Positions 30,605 through 40,349 of a stretch of DNA of 64,000 bases are shown here, piece after piece. Source of the DNA: an uncultured Candidatus Entotheonella sp. (GTDB taxonomy: Bacteria > Tectomicrobia > Entotheonellia > Entotheonellales > Entotheonellaceae); NCBI GenBank assembly GCA_965217185.1, contig OZ244252.1, positions 3,616,001 to 3,680,000 on the forward strand, read 5' to 3'. The notes under the pieces are model-generated. The model did no database searches and was not told the origin of the DNA. It was given only the letters and a program-made list of their open reading frames with translations. Each line of letters opens with the position of its first letter. Positions within the stretch are counted from its first letter, which is position 1. The position numbers and the translations under genes are program-made.

Positions 30605-32137
30605 ATGGTGTTGGCCAAGGTGCTCAGTAGCACCCTGTTGGGCGTTGACGCCTATCGCGTTGAGGTGGAGGTCGATTTGGCCAACGGCCTGCCGATGTTT
30701 ACCACGGTGGGGCTGCCCGACGCCTCCGTGCGCGAGAGCCGCGACCGCGTCAAGGCGGCCATGGCCAACTGCGGTTTTCCCTTCCCGCTGCGGCGCATCA
30801 CCGTAAATCTGGCCCCGGCGCATCTGCGCAAGGCGGGCACGGCCTTTGACCTGCCGATTGCCCTGGGTGTGCTGCAGGCGGCAGGATACATCCAGTCCGA
30901 GATGCTCGCTCGCTATCAGGTTGTCGGCGAGCTGTCGCTCGATGGCCGTGTCAAGGCCGTCGCCGGCGCCCTGCCGATGGCGGTCGGGGCGCTGGAATCG
31001 GGTGTGGACGGCATGGTGGTGCCGCTTGAGAACGCCGCCGAGGCGGCGGTGGTGGAAGCCGTGCCGGTGTTCGGGGTCGAGACCCTGGCGCAGGCGATCG
31101 GTTTCTTCAACGGCACCGAATCCCTGTCCCGCACGGTCAGCGACGTGAACACCCTGTTCGAGAACAAGGCGGTGTATGCGGAGGACTTGGCCGACGTCAA
31201 AGGCCAGCAGCACGTCAAGCGCGCCCTGGAAGTCGCCGCGGCCGGTGCCCACAACATGCTTTTGATCGGCCCACCCGGTTCCGGCAAATCGTTGATGGCG
31301 CGCCGGCTGCCCTCCATCCTCCCCGACATGGAGTTGTCGGAGGCCATCGAGACCTCGAAGATCCACAGCATCGCCGGCCTGCTGCACCGCGACCAGGCCC
31401 TCATCGCCACGCGTCCCTTCCGTTCCCCCCACCACTCGACATCCGATGCGGGGCTGATCGGCGGCGGCACGATTCCGGGGCCGGGGGAGGTCAGCCTCGC
31501 GCACAACGGCGTGCTGTTCCTCGACGAACTGCCCGAGTTTCGCCGCAGCGTGCTGGAGGTGTTGCGGCAGCCGCTGGAAGACGCCCAGGTGACCATCGCT
31601 CGCGCCTCCATGGCCCTGACGTTTCCGGCCCGCTTCATGCTGGCGGCGGCGATGAATCCTTGCCCGTGCGGCTACAGCACCGACCCGCAGCGTGCCTGCC
31701 ACTGCTCGGCGTAGCAGTTGCAACGTTACACGAGCCGAATTTCCGGCCCCCTCCTGGACCGGATCGATATCCATATCGAAGTGCCGCCCGTGCGCTATGC
31801 CGATCTGGCTTCTTCCGCCGCCGCCGAACCTTCGTCCGCCATTCGAGCACGGGTGAACGCCGCCCGGCAGCGTCAACGGGCTCGTTTCGCCGGCACCGAC
31901 ATTCCTCACAACGCCGTCATGGGCGTCCGCAACATCCGGCAATACTGCAAGCTCGACGACGCCGGCGAACGCCTGCTCGAACAGGCGATGCACCGCTTCG
32001 GCCTCAGCGCCAGAGCCCACGACCGCATCCGCAAAGTGGCCCGCACCATCGCCGACCTCGCCGGCGCCGATGCCATCGGCATCGAGCATCTCTCGGAAGC
32101 CGTCCAGTACCGCACCCTCGACCGCCAATCGGGGTGA
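30605..32137 (+). pseudogene. comM: YifB/ComM Mg-chelatase-like ATPase with an in-frame TAG at 31712-31714
   Basis: [25 protein letters not shown]...CHCSA*QLQRYTSRISGPLLDRID continues in the same frame. Confidence 0.88.
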
Positions 32138-32260
32138 CCAGCCGGCCGCCCGGATGCCCCCGCCCCGAAGAGAAACACTCACCCAGTTCTGCTATACTGT
32201 CGCCCGCCGCACGCCTGAGCGGGGCGCGGCCTCTTCTCTACCTTTCCTTGAAGATTTGAG

Positions 32261-32557
32261 GTGTTTATGTTGGGCATTGGGTTGCCGGAGCTTATTCTGA
32301 TTTTGGTCTTGGCGCTGCTGGTTTTGGGACCCCAACGTCTGCCCGAGGCTGCCCGCATGCTGGGGCGCGGCTATGCCTATCTACGGCAGGCCAGTGAGGA
32401 GTTCCAGAACACCATCAAGCAGGACATCGCGGCCATGGACCGCCAGGAAGACGCGCAGCAGAACAAGGCGGTCGCTCAAGAGATTCGGGAACGCTTTGCC
32501 ACCGTCCCGGAGGCGCAGACAACCATCAGTCTGACGGAGCAGCCCCAGGATGGCTGA
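32261..32557 (+). CDS. tatB: Tat translocase TatA/TatB family subunit
   Basis: GLPELILILVLALLVLGPQRLP; precedes tatC. Confidence 0.85.
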   Translation: MFMLGIGLPELILILVLALLVLGPQRLPEAARMLGRGYAYLRQASEEFQNTIKQDIAAMDRQEDAQQNKAVAQEIRERFATVPEAQTTISLTEQPQDG

Positions 32558-33305
32558 TACCCCCATGCCGTTGACGGCACACCTTACGGAGTTGCGGACG
32601 CGGCTCTTCTGGAGTGTGGCCGCCCTTGCCGTTGGTTTTCTGGTCTGTTACGGCATCTCCGATTTCATTGTCGCGGCAGTGCAGTTCCCCTGGACGCCGA
32701 TTGGCGAGGGCCTGCACGTGCCGCTGCAGATCATCGCCCCCGCCGAAGCCTTTCTCACGTACCTTAAAGTCGCCTTCTTCGCCGGGCTGTTCATCGTTTT
32801 GCCCGTCATCCTGCACCAGTTGTGGAAATTCGTGGCGCCAGGACTCCTGGAGCACGAGCGTAAGTACACGATCCCCTTTCTGGTCGGTTCGACAACGCTG
32901 TTCTACGCGGGCGGTGCGCTGTTCTACCTCCTTCTGCCGTTTGTGGTGACCTTCCTCCTCAGCTTCGCCAGCGACGACATCACCGCGCACCTGTCGGTCG
33001 GCTATTACGTCTCTTTCTGCCTGCGGCTGATGATCGCCTTCGGGCTTGTCTTTCAACTGCCCGTCGTGGTGGTGTTTCTCACCCAACTCGGTCTGGTCAC
33101 CTCGCGCGGCCTGATCCGGCATTTCCGTTACGCGGTGGTCTTGGCCTTTGTGCTGGCCGCGGTGTTGACCCCGCCGGACCCGATTTCGCAGAGCTTCATG
33201 GCGTTGCCGACGCTGCTGCTCTATAGCGTCAGCATCCTGGTTGCCAAGCGCATCGAGTCGCGCCGGGCGCGCGAAGCTGACGATGATGATGACGATGAGG
33301 ATTAG
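32550..33305 (+). CDS. tatC: Tat translocase subunit TatC
   Basis: HLTELRTR, FVAPGL..E, TPPDPISQ. Confidence 0.95.
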   Translation: MADTPMPLTAHLTELRTRLFWSVAALAVGFLVCYGISDFIVAAVQFPWTPIGEGLHVPLQIIAPAEAFLTYLKVAFFAGLFIVLPVILHQLWKFVAPGLLEHERKYTIPFLVGSTTLFYAGGALFYLLLPFVVTFLLSFASDDITAHLSVGYYVSFCLRLMIAFGLVFQLPVVVVFLTQLGLVTSRGLIRHFRYAVVLAFVLAAVLTPPDPISQSFMALPTLLLYSVSILVAKRIESRRAREADDDDDDED

Positions 33306-33317
33306 GGAGAGTCGATC

Positions 33318-33995
33318 ATGGTGGAATCCATGCGTGATGTAGACTTGGCAAATATGAGCAATATCTTCAAGGAGCGATTTGACAGGCTCATCGAAGGACG
33401 CTTCTTCTTCACGACTGAGGAACCTTTTGAGGACCTGCTGCGCCGCACCAAAGCTGTGCTCGAAGGACACTTTGTCCTCAGCTCGGGCTTGCACAGTTCG
33501 CACTACATCCAATGCGCCCGCACGTTGCAACATCCGAAGCATGCCGAGGCGTTGGGGGGTTGTCTGGCGGACAGATTCCAAGATTACGCGGTGGATGCGG
33601 TCATCTCGCCGGCCCTGGGCGGCCTCATCATCGGGCACGAAACAGGGCGGGCGCTCGGCGCGCGGGCGATTTTTGGCGAACGCGACAACGGCGCGATGAC
33701 CTTGCGGCGGGGGTTCGGGCTGCAACCGGGTGAACGGGTGGTAATCATCGAAGATGTCATTACGACCGGCGGTTCGGTGCGCGGTCTGATTCGTCTGGTG
33801 GAGGACCTTGAGGGGATTGTGGTGGGGGTCGGAGCCATCCTCGACCGCAGCGGCGGCCAAGTCGACCTGGGCGTGCCGCTGAACGCCTTACTCACCATGC
33901 AGGTGCCTACCTATCAACCCGAGGCGTGTCCCCTGTGCCAGCAGGGCAGTTCGCCGGTGAAGCCCGGAAGCCGACAGCAGGGAGCGGGGGGCTAG
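33318..33995 (+). CDS. pyrE: Orotate phosphoribosyltransferase
   Basis: GHFVLSSGLHS, IEDVITTGGS; start uncertain. Confidence 0.92.
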   Translation: MVESMRDVDLANMSNIFKERFDRLIEGRFFFTTEEPFEDLLRRTKAVLEGHFVLSSGLHSSHYIQCARTLQHPKHAEALGGCLADRFQDYAVDAVISPALGGLIIGHETGRALGARAIFGERDNGAMTLRRGFGLQPGERVVIIEDVITTGGSVRGLIRLVEDLEGIVVGVGAILDRSGGQVDLGVPLNALLTMQVPTYQPEACPLCQQGSSPVKPGSRQQGAGG

Positions 33996-34144
33996 AGTCG
34001 GGGGTCTGTAGACCCAATCTTACGATTACCCGTCGCGCCACTGCGGACTTCGCGCAAGCGGCCAACCCACGAATCGCATCTTTCGACATCCGCTGCCGCG
34101 TTTCGTTCGTCCTGACGAGTTGATTGAAGGAGCCCGCGGGACAT

Positions 34145-35341
34145 ATGAGTGGAAACAACGACCCGAGGATGGTGACCAGAGTCGCTCTGCGGAACTACAA
34201 GAGCATTGCCGCCTGTGACGTACGGCCGGAGGCGCTCTCGTTTCTGGTTGGCCCCAACGGCTGTGGCAAGAGCAACTTCCTTGATGCCTTACGCTTCGTG
34301 GCCGAGGCGCTGCGCTTGTCGCTGGACCACGCGCTGCGCGACCGTGGCGGCATTCAGGAGGTGCGGAGACGTTCCGGCGGCCACCCCAACAACTTCGGAA
34401 TTCGTCTTGAGGTTAAGCTCCCCCGTGCCGAGGGCTGGTACGCATTTCGGGTTGCGGCGAAACCCGGAGGGCGATACGGAGTCCAGCAAGAGGAGTGCGT
34501 TGTCCTTGGTGAGGATGGACACGGCTCCTATAAGGTCGAAGATGGCAAAGTGATTGCCAGCACGATACCCAATCCACCAGCGTGTGCAAGTGACCGTCTC
34601 TACCTTGTCAACATGTCAGGCCTGGAGGTGTTCCGCCCGCTCTATGACGCGTTGTCTGGAATGGGCTTCTACAATCTGAATCCCGAAGCAATCCGGGATC
34701 TCCAGGCACCCGACCCTGGAGAGCTCTTGAAGCGGGACGGAAGCAACTTGGCCAGCGTCCTGTCCAACCTCAAGAGTGGCCGTAAGACGGCGGTGGAAGA
34801 GTACCTCACCGCGATAACTCCCGGCGTCACCGGTGTTGCGGCTCGGACCATGGGCACCAAGTTGACCCTCGATTTCCGCCAAGAGGTGCGCGGCGCAAAG
34901 CACCCGTGGCGGTTCCCGGCGAGCAACATGTCCGACGGCACACTGCGCGCACTTGGCGTCCTCGTTGCGTTGTTTCAAGGCGATGGCGAATCGGTCGAAC
35001 GGCGCCACTTGGTCGGCATCGAAGAGCCGGAGAGCGCTCTTCATCCCGCCGCTGCCGGCGTCCTCATCGACAGCCTGACCGACGCCAGTCAATGGACGCA
35101 GGTCATCGTTACGAGCCACAGTGCGGACCTGCTTGACAATGACGTCATACCCGACAGCTCAATCCTCGCCGTACTGTCTGAACACGCCGAGACCCGGATA
35201 GGACCCCTCGACGAGGCCGGTTGTTCGGCGCTCCGCGATCATCTCTTTACCGCCGGTGAACTGCTGAGGATGGATCAATTGCGCCCCGACCCGGACCGGT
35301 CAGCCCCCCACCAGCTTGATCTGTTTGAGAGCACGCACTGA
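34145..35341 (+). CDS. ABC-type (AAA_21-like) ATPase
   Basis: NYKSI, GPNGCGKSN, MSDGT signature, IEEPESALHP, TSHS. Confidence 0.88.
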   Translation: MSGNNDPRMVTRVALRNYKSIAACDVRPEALSFLVGPNGCGKSNFLDALRFVAEALRLSLDHALRDRGGIQEVRRRSGGHPNNFGIRLEVKLPRAEGWYAFRVAAKPGGRYGVQQEECVVLGEDGHGSYKVEDGKVIASTIPNPPACASDRLYLVNMSGLEVFRPLYDALSGMGFYNLNPEAIRDLQAPDPGELLKRDGSNLASVLSNLKSGRKTAVEEYLTAITPGVTGVAARTMGTKLTLDFRQEVRGAKHPWRFPASNMSDGTLRALGVLVALFQGDGESVERRHLVGIEEPESALHPAAAGVLIDSLTDASQWTQVIVTSHSADLLDNDVIPDSSILAVLSEHAETRIGPLDEAGCSALRDHLFTAGELLRMDQLRPDPDRSAPHQLDLFESTH

Positions 35342-35344
35342 CGA

Positions 35345-35977
35345 ATGTCGACCATCATCACAATCGTGGAAGGACAGGGCGAAGTGTCCGCAGTGCCGAT
35401 CCTCATCCGCACAATCGTGGAAGGACAGGGCGAAGTGTCCGCAGTGCCGATCCTCATCCGCCGCATTGCCGCCGCCGTACCCTCCGTCGTACCGCAAGTG
35501 CCGAAGCCGATTCGAGTAAAGCGTAATCGCTTTCTCAAGGAGAATGAACTGGAACGGTACGTCGACTTGGCTGCCCGACAAGCCGGATCCGATGGTCGCA
35601 TCCTGATCATCCTCGATGCCGACGACGATTGTCCCCCGGAACGTGCGTCGGAGATTCTCCAGAGAGCCACGGCAGCGCGCAGTGATTGCCGTATTCGGGT
35701 TGTGCTGGCGCGGCGCGAGTACGAGGCTTGGTTCCTCGCGGCTGCCGACTCTATCGCTGGACACCGCGAGCTTCGTAGTGATATGACCGCGCCTACCGAG
35801 CCGGAGTCGATCCGAGACGCGAAAGGATGGCTGACCTCACACATGCCGCCGGGCCGAGTGTACAAAGAAACTCGTGACCAGCCGGCACTTACCACGATGT
35901 TCAATCTCGATCAGGCGAGACGCGGAGCGCGGTCATTCGACAAGATGTGGCGCACGGTGATGGATTTGATGCAGTAA
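35345..35977 (+). CDS. DUF4276-like TOPRIM-related protein with a 17-aa tandem duplication
   Basis: IVEGQGE, LDADD, EYEAWFLA, SFDK. Confidence 0.75.
   Translation: MSTIITIVEGQGEVSAVPILIRTIVEGQGEVSAVPILIRRIAAAVPSVVPQVPKPIRVKRNRFLKENELERYVDLAARQAGSDGRILIILDADDDCPPERASEILQRATAARSDCRIRVVLARREYEAWFLAAADSIAGHRELRSDMTAPTEPESIRDAKGWLTSHMPPGRVYKETRDQPALTTMFNLDQARRGARSFDKMWRTVMDLMQ
35360..35461 (+). repeat. Perfect 51-bp in-frame tandem duplication
   Basis: ACAATCGTGG...CTCATCCGC at 35360-35410 and 35411-35461. Confidence 0.95.
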
Positions 35978-36023
35978 TTTGTGGCGGCTTGAGAATATCG
36001 GGCGTCACAGGGTCAACAATCCC

Positions 36024-37133
36024 ATGGATTCAGCCCCAAATACCCACGTCGAATTCGAGCGCGTATGCAAGAGCTACGACGGACGAGTCCAAGTCGTGCG
36101 TGATCTGGACCTGACCGTGCGAGACGGGGAGTTTCTGACCCTGCTCGGTGCCTCCGGCTCGGGCAAGACGACCTGCCTGATGATGCTGGCCGGCTTTGAG
36201 GCGCCCACCTCGGGCACCATTCGCATCCGCGGCCGCTCGGTGCATGACCTGCCGCCGCGCAAGCGGGGGATCGGCGTGGTCTTTCAGAACTACGCGCTGT
36301 TTCCGCACATGACGGTTGGCGGTAATTTGGCGTTCCCGCTTGAAGTGCGCGGGCTCGACCCGGTACAGCGTCGGGAGCGTGTCCGGCAGGCGCTGCAGCT
36401 CGTGCGCCTGGAGGGATTTGAGGACCGCCGACCCAACGAGTTGTCCGGCGGCCAGCAGCAGCGCGTGGCCATTGCCCGGGCACTGGTGTTCGAGCCCAGT
36501 CTGGTATTGATGGATGAACCGCTCGGGGCTCTTGACCGCCGGTTGCGGGAAGAAATGCAGTATGAGATTCGGCGTATTCAGCGCAGTCTGGGAATCACGG
36601 TCGTCTACGTCACCCACGACCAGCAGGAGGCGATGGTGCTGTCGGACCGGGTCGCCGTCTTTCGCCGCGGCCGCGTTGAGCAGATCGCCCTGCCCGAAAC
36701 GCTGTACGAAGAGCCGGAGCGCCCGTTCGTTGCCAGCTTCATCGGCGAAAATAATCTACTGCGCGGACGGGTTCTCAGCGTTGAGCACGATATTTCGAGG
36801 GTGGAGGCCGGCGGCCAGATCGTCCAGGCCTTCCAGGTGACGCCGTGCCAACCGGGCGACGACGTCGTCCTCGCCATTCGTCCAGAGCGGGTCAGCCTCG
36901 CGCCCGAGCCGGCGTTGTACAGCAACTGGTTTGAAGCCGGTATCGAGGACATTGTGTTCCTGGGCGACCACCTGCGCCTGCGGGTGTCGGTGTGCGGCAG
37001 CACGGACTTCATCATCAAGATTCCCAATATCGTCGGTCACGGCGCCGTGCTGGAGGGCGACCGCGTCCAGATCGGCTGGACGGAGACCGATTGCCGGGCC
37101 TTGGCGCCAGACGAAGAGGAGCTTACGTCATGA
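36024..37133 (+). CDS. Polyamine-type ABC transporter ATP-binding protein (PotA-like)
   Basis: GASGSGKTT, FQNYALFPHM, LSGGQQQR, MDEPLGALD. Confidence 0.92.
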   Translation: MDSAPNTHVEFERVCKSYDGRVQVVRDLDLTVRDGEFLTLLGASGSGKTTCLMMLAGFEAPTSGTIRIRGRSVHDLPPRKRGIGVVFQNYALFPHMTVGGNLAFPLEVRGLDPVQRRERVRQALQLVRLEGFEDRRPNELSGGQQQRVAIARALVFEPSLVLMDEPLGALDRRLREEMQYEIRRIQRSLGITVVYVTHDQQEAMVLSDRVAVFRRGRVEQIALPETLYEEPERPFVASFIGENNLLRGRVLSVEHDISRVEAGGQIVQAFQVTPCQPGDDVVLAIRPERVSLAPEPALYSNWFEAGIEDIVFLGDHLRLRVSVCGSTDFIIKIPNIVGHGAVLEGDRVQIGWTETDCRALAPDEEELTS

Positions 37134-38245
37134 CATCCCCCTTGCATCGCACCCGAATCCGCCCGGCAGTTTATGCCGCGGCCCTCGTTTTGCTGACCGG
37201 CCTGAGTTGGAGCCATCCGGTTGCCAGCGACGAATCGCTCACCGTGGTCTCTTGAGGAGGCTCGTACGCCCGTGCCTGCCAGAAGGCGCAGCACGAGCCC
37301 TTCACCGCCGAGACGGGCATCGACATTCGCCTGGAATCCTACAACGGCGGCTTGGCGCAAATCCGTGCCCAAGTGGAGAGCGGCAGGGTGTTCTGGGATC
37401 TTGTCGATCTGGAGATGGCCGACGCGGCGCGGGGCTGTGACGAGGGGCTGCTCGAACCTGTCTCCAGCGACGACCTGCTACCGGCGCCGGACGGCATCCC
37501 AGCGGTGGACGACTTCTTCCCCGGCATGCTGACCGAATGCGGCGTCGGCATGCTGTTCTACTCCACCGTGTATGCCTATAACTCCGCTCACCTTGCCGGC
37601 CCCGAACCGACGACGGTCGACGACTTTTTCGACCTGGAGAAATTCCCCGGCCGCCGCGGTATGCGCCGCAGTCCATTGGTCAATCTGGAGTTTGCCCTGA
37701 TGGCCGACGGCGTGCCCCTAGATCAGGTGTATGCGACGCTGGACACCCCGGAGGGCGTGGAGCGGGCATTCCGCAAGCTCGACACGATCAAGGACCACAT
37801 CGTCTGGTGGGAAGCCGGGGCACAGCCGCCCCAAATACTGGCTGACGGCGAGGTGGTGATGAGCACGGCCTATAACGGCCGCATCTTCAACGCGCAGATC
37901 CTGGAAAACCAGCCTTTTGTGATTGTCTGGGACGGACAGGTGCTGGACCGCGGCGTCCTCGGCATTGTCGCCGGTACGCCGAGACTGGAATTGGCCCGTA
38001 AGTTCCTCGCTTTCGCAACGCGGGCCGAGTCCCTGGCCGCGATCGGGCGCTATATCGCCTACAGTCCCGCCCGCAAGTCGGGAACGGCCCTGATCGGCAC
38101 CCATCTCGAGACCGGGGTGGACATGAGGCCGCACATGCCAAATAGCCCCGAAAACGTCGCTCGCGCCCTGCTCCACGACTGGCAATGGTGGCGAGACCGC
38201 GGCGACGAGATGAACGAGCGCTTCAGCGCATGGCTGGCCCGCTGA
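37130..38245 (+). pseudogene. ABC substrate-binding protein (PotD/PotF-like) with in-frame TGA at 37253-37255
   Basis: LTVVS*GGSY where the family normally has SWGG; the same frame continues to 38245. Confidence 0.85.
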
Positions 38246-39394
38246 TCGGTCCACGGCTTCGCGCCGTGGCCCTGGTTCTCCCCCTGGTCGCCTTTATCGG
38301 GCTGACCTTCGTTGCCCCGCTGGCGACCATGTTGTCGCGCAGCGTGTACGACCCGGTAGTCGCCGACGCGTTGCCCGAGACCCTGGGCCTGCTGCGGGAC
38401 TGGGACGGCGCGCAAACGCCGCCCGAGCCGGTGTTCGAGGCGGTTGCACGCGAACTGCGCAAGGCGCGTGAAGAGCGCACCCTGGGACGGATCGCGGCGC
38501 GTGTCAATCGTGTGCGCGGCGGGCTGCGGACCGTCATCACCCGCACGGCGCGGCGCCTGCGTGAAGCGGAAAGCCCCTCGTGGCGCGACACGTTGGTCGG
38601 CGTTCACGATGCGTGGGACGAGGTGCAAACTTGGCACGCGATTCGCCAAGCCGGCCGGCGTTTCACGGATCGCCATTATCTGCACGCCCTGGACCTGGAA
38701 CGCCAGATCGACGGCCGCATTGCCCCGCGCCCGGCCGAGTTTCGCGTCTATCTACCCCTCCTGTGGCGCACCCTGGTCGTGAGCCTGAGCCTGACCGTAC
38801 TGTGCCTGCTCCTCGGCTATCCGGTCGCCTATCTGATTGCCCATTCCCCGCCACGCCGGGCGAACCTCCTGCTTCTGCTGGTGCGAACGACCGCCTGGAT
38901 CGTGCTGCTCCAAACGCAGGGGGTGGTCAACAGCGCGCTGGTGGCGCTGAACCTGATCGCCGACGACAGCCGCCTCGCCATGATTTACAACATGACCGGC
39001 CATGGTCGCCATGACCCACGTCCTGTTGCCCTTCATGGTGCTGCCGCTGTACGCGGTCATGCGCACCATCCCGCGGCTGCACATGAGCGCTGCGGCGTCG
39101 CTGGGCGCCAGCACGGCCCAGGCGTTTTGGCGGGTCTACTGGCCGCAGAGCCTGCCGGGCGTCGGCGTCGGCTCGTTGCTGGTCTTCATCCTGGCCATCG
39201 GCTACTACATCACGCCCGCGCTGGTCGACGGCCGCAGCGGTCAGCTCATTTCCAACATGATCGCCTACCACATGCAGAGTTCCCTGAACTGGGGGCTCGC
39301 GGCGGCGCTCGGCGGTCTCCTCCTGGCCTTCGTGCTGGTGCTGTATCTGGTGTACAACCGGCTGGTGGGAATCGAACGGATGAGGCTGGGCTGA
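38230..39394 (+). pseudogene. ABC permease (PotB-like) with frameshift near 39001 and an internal deletion near 38880
   Basis: GYPVAY...LLLLV|RTTAW lacks the PFWTS segment; NMTG continues as [17 protein letters not shown] in another frame. Confidence 0.82.
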
Positions 39395-39395
39395 G

Positions 39396-40220
39396 ATGAC
39401 GCCGAGAGGATCCTGGGAGCGCGCCGGGCGGGCCGCTTATCTGGCGTTCTGCGCCGCGGTGTTCGTGTTTCTGATTGCGCCGATCGTGGTGATCGTGCCG
39501 CTCAGCTTCAACGTCCAGCCCTACTTCACCTTTACCGAGGGGATGCTGCGCCTGGACCCTTCCGCCTACTCGCTGCGCTGGTACCGGACCGTCGTGGGCG
39601 ACCCGGAGTGGGTCCGAGCCCTGTTCAACAGCCTGTTCATCGGCCTGTCCGCCACCGCCTTGGCAACCGCGCTTGGCACGCTGGCGGCCCTGGGCCTGAC
39701 GCATCCCGCGCTGCCGGGCCGCTCGGCGATCATGGGTCTGCTGATCTCGCCGATGATCACCCCGGTGATCATCTCGGCGGCAGGCATGTTCTTCTTCTAC
39801 TCGAACCTGGGCCTGACCCAGACCCACCTGGGGCTCATCCTGGCGCACGCCACGCTGGGCACGCCGTTCGTCGTCATCACGGTGACGGCCACCCTGTCCG
39901 GCTTTGACACCAATCTGTATCGCGCGGCGGCCAGCCTCGGGGCCGGGCCGCTGCGGACGTTCCGGCGCGTCGTGCTGCCGCTGATCGCCCCGGGGGTGAT
40001 TTCCGGCGCCCTCTTCGCCTTCGCCACCTCGTTCGACGAAGTGGTGACGGTGCTGTTCATGGGCGGCCTGGAACAACGCACCGTGCCGCGCCAGATGTGG
40101 ACCGGCATCCGCGAGCAGATCAGCCCGGCGATTCTGGCCGTGGCGACCCTGCTGATCGTTTTCTCCCTATTGTTCATGCTGAGTGTGGAATGGCTGCGTC
40201 GGCGGGCGAGGGCTGATTAG
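39396..40220 (+). CDS. ABC permease (PotC-like)
   Basis: SLRWY, AAASLGA, TSFDEVV. Confidence 0.9.
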   Translation: MTPRGSWERAGRAAYLAFCAAVFVFLIAPIVVIVPLSFNVQPYFTFTEGMLRLDPSAYSLRWYRTVVGDPEWVRALFNSLFIGLSATALATALGTLAALGLTHPALPGRSAIMGLLISPMITPVIISAAGMFFFYSNLGLTQTHLGLILAHATLGTPFVVITVTATLSGFDTNLYRAAASLGAGPLRTFRRVVLPLIAPGVISGALFAFATSFDEVVTVLFMGGLEQRTVPRQMWTGIREQISPAILAVATLLIVFSLLFMLSVEWLRRRARAD

Positions 40221-40349
40221 GGGGCTGTAAAACGCGGTTTTTCAGTTCATGCAGATTGTGATTCACCCTACACTTTGGAGGTGTGGGGGTGGCGGTCAAC
40301 CATTTCTGATTTTCTGAAGCGCAGTTTGCTGGTGAAACCAGAGAGCCCA

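Noticed and set aside
31712..31714. Pyrrolysine readthrough in comM
   Set aside because: No pyl genes in the window and ComM is not a known Pyl protein; nonsense mutation is simpler.
33999..34016. GGGGTCTGTAGACCC as a Tn3-like end before the ATPase pair
   Set aside because: Similarity stops after a few bases and no partner end was found.
35360..35461. CRISPR-like repeat
   Set aside because: Two adjacent copies with no spacer, inside a coding frame; no cas genes.
37253..37255. In-frame TGA as evidence for TGA=Trp recoding or selenocysteine
   Set aside because: Many intact genes here end in TGA and TGG is used normally; the position is a Trp site, not a Cys site, and the neighbouring permease is independently broken.
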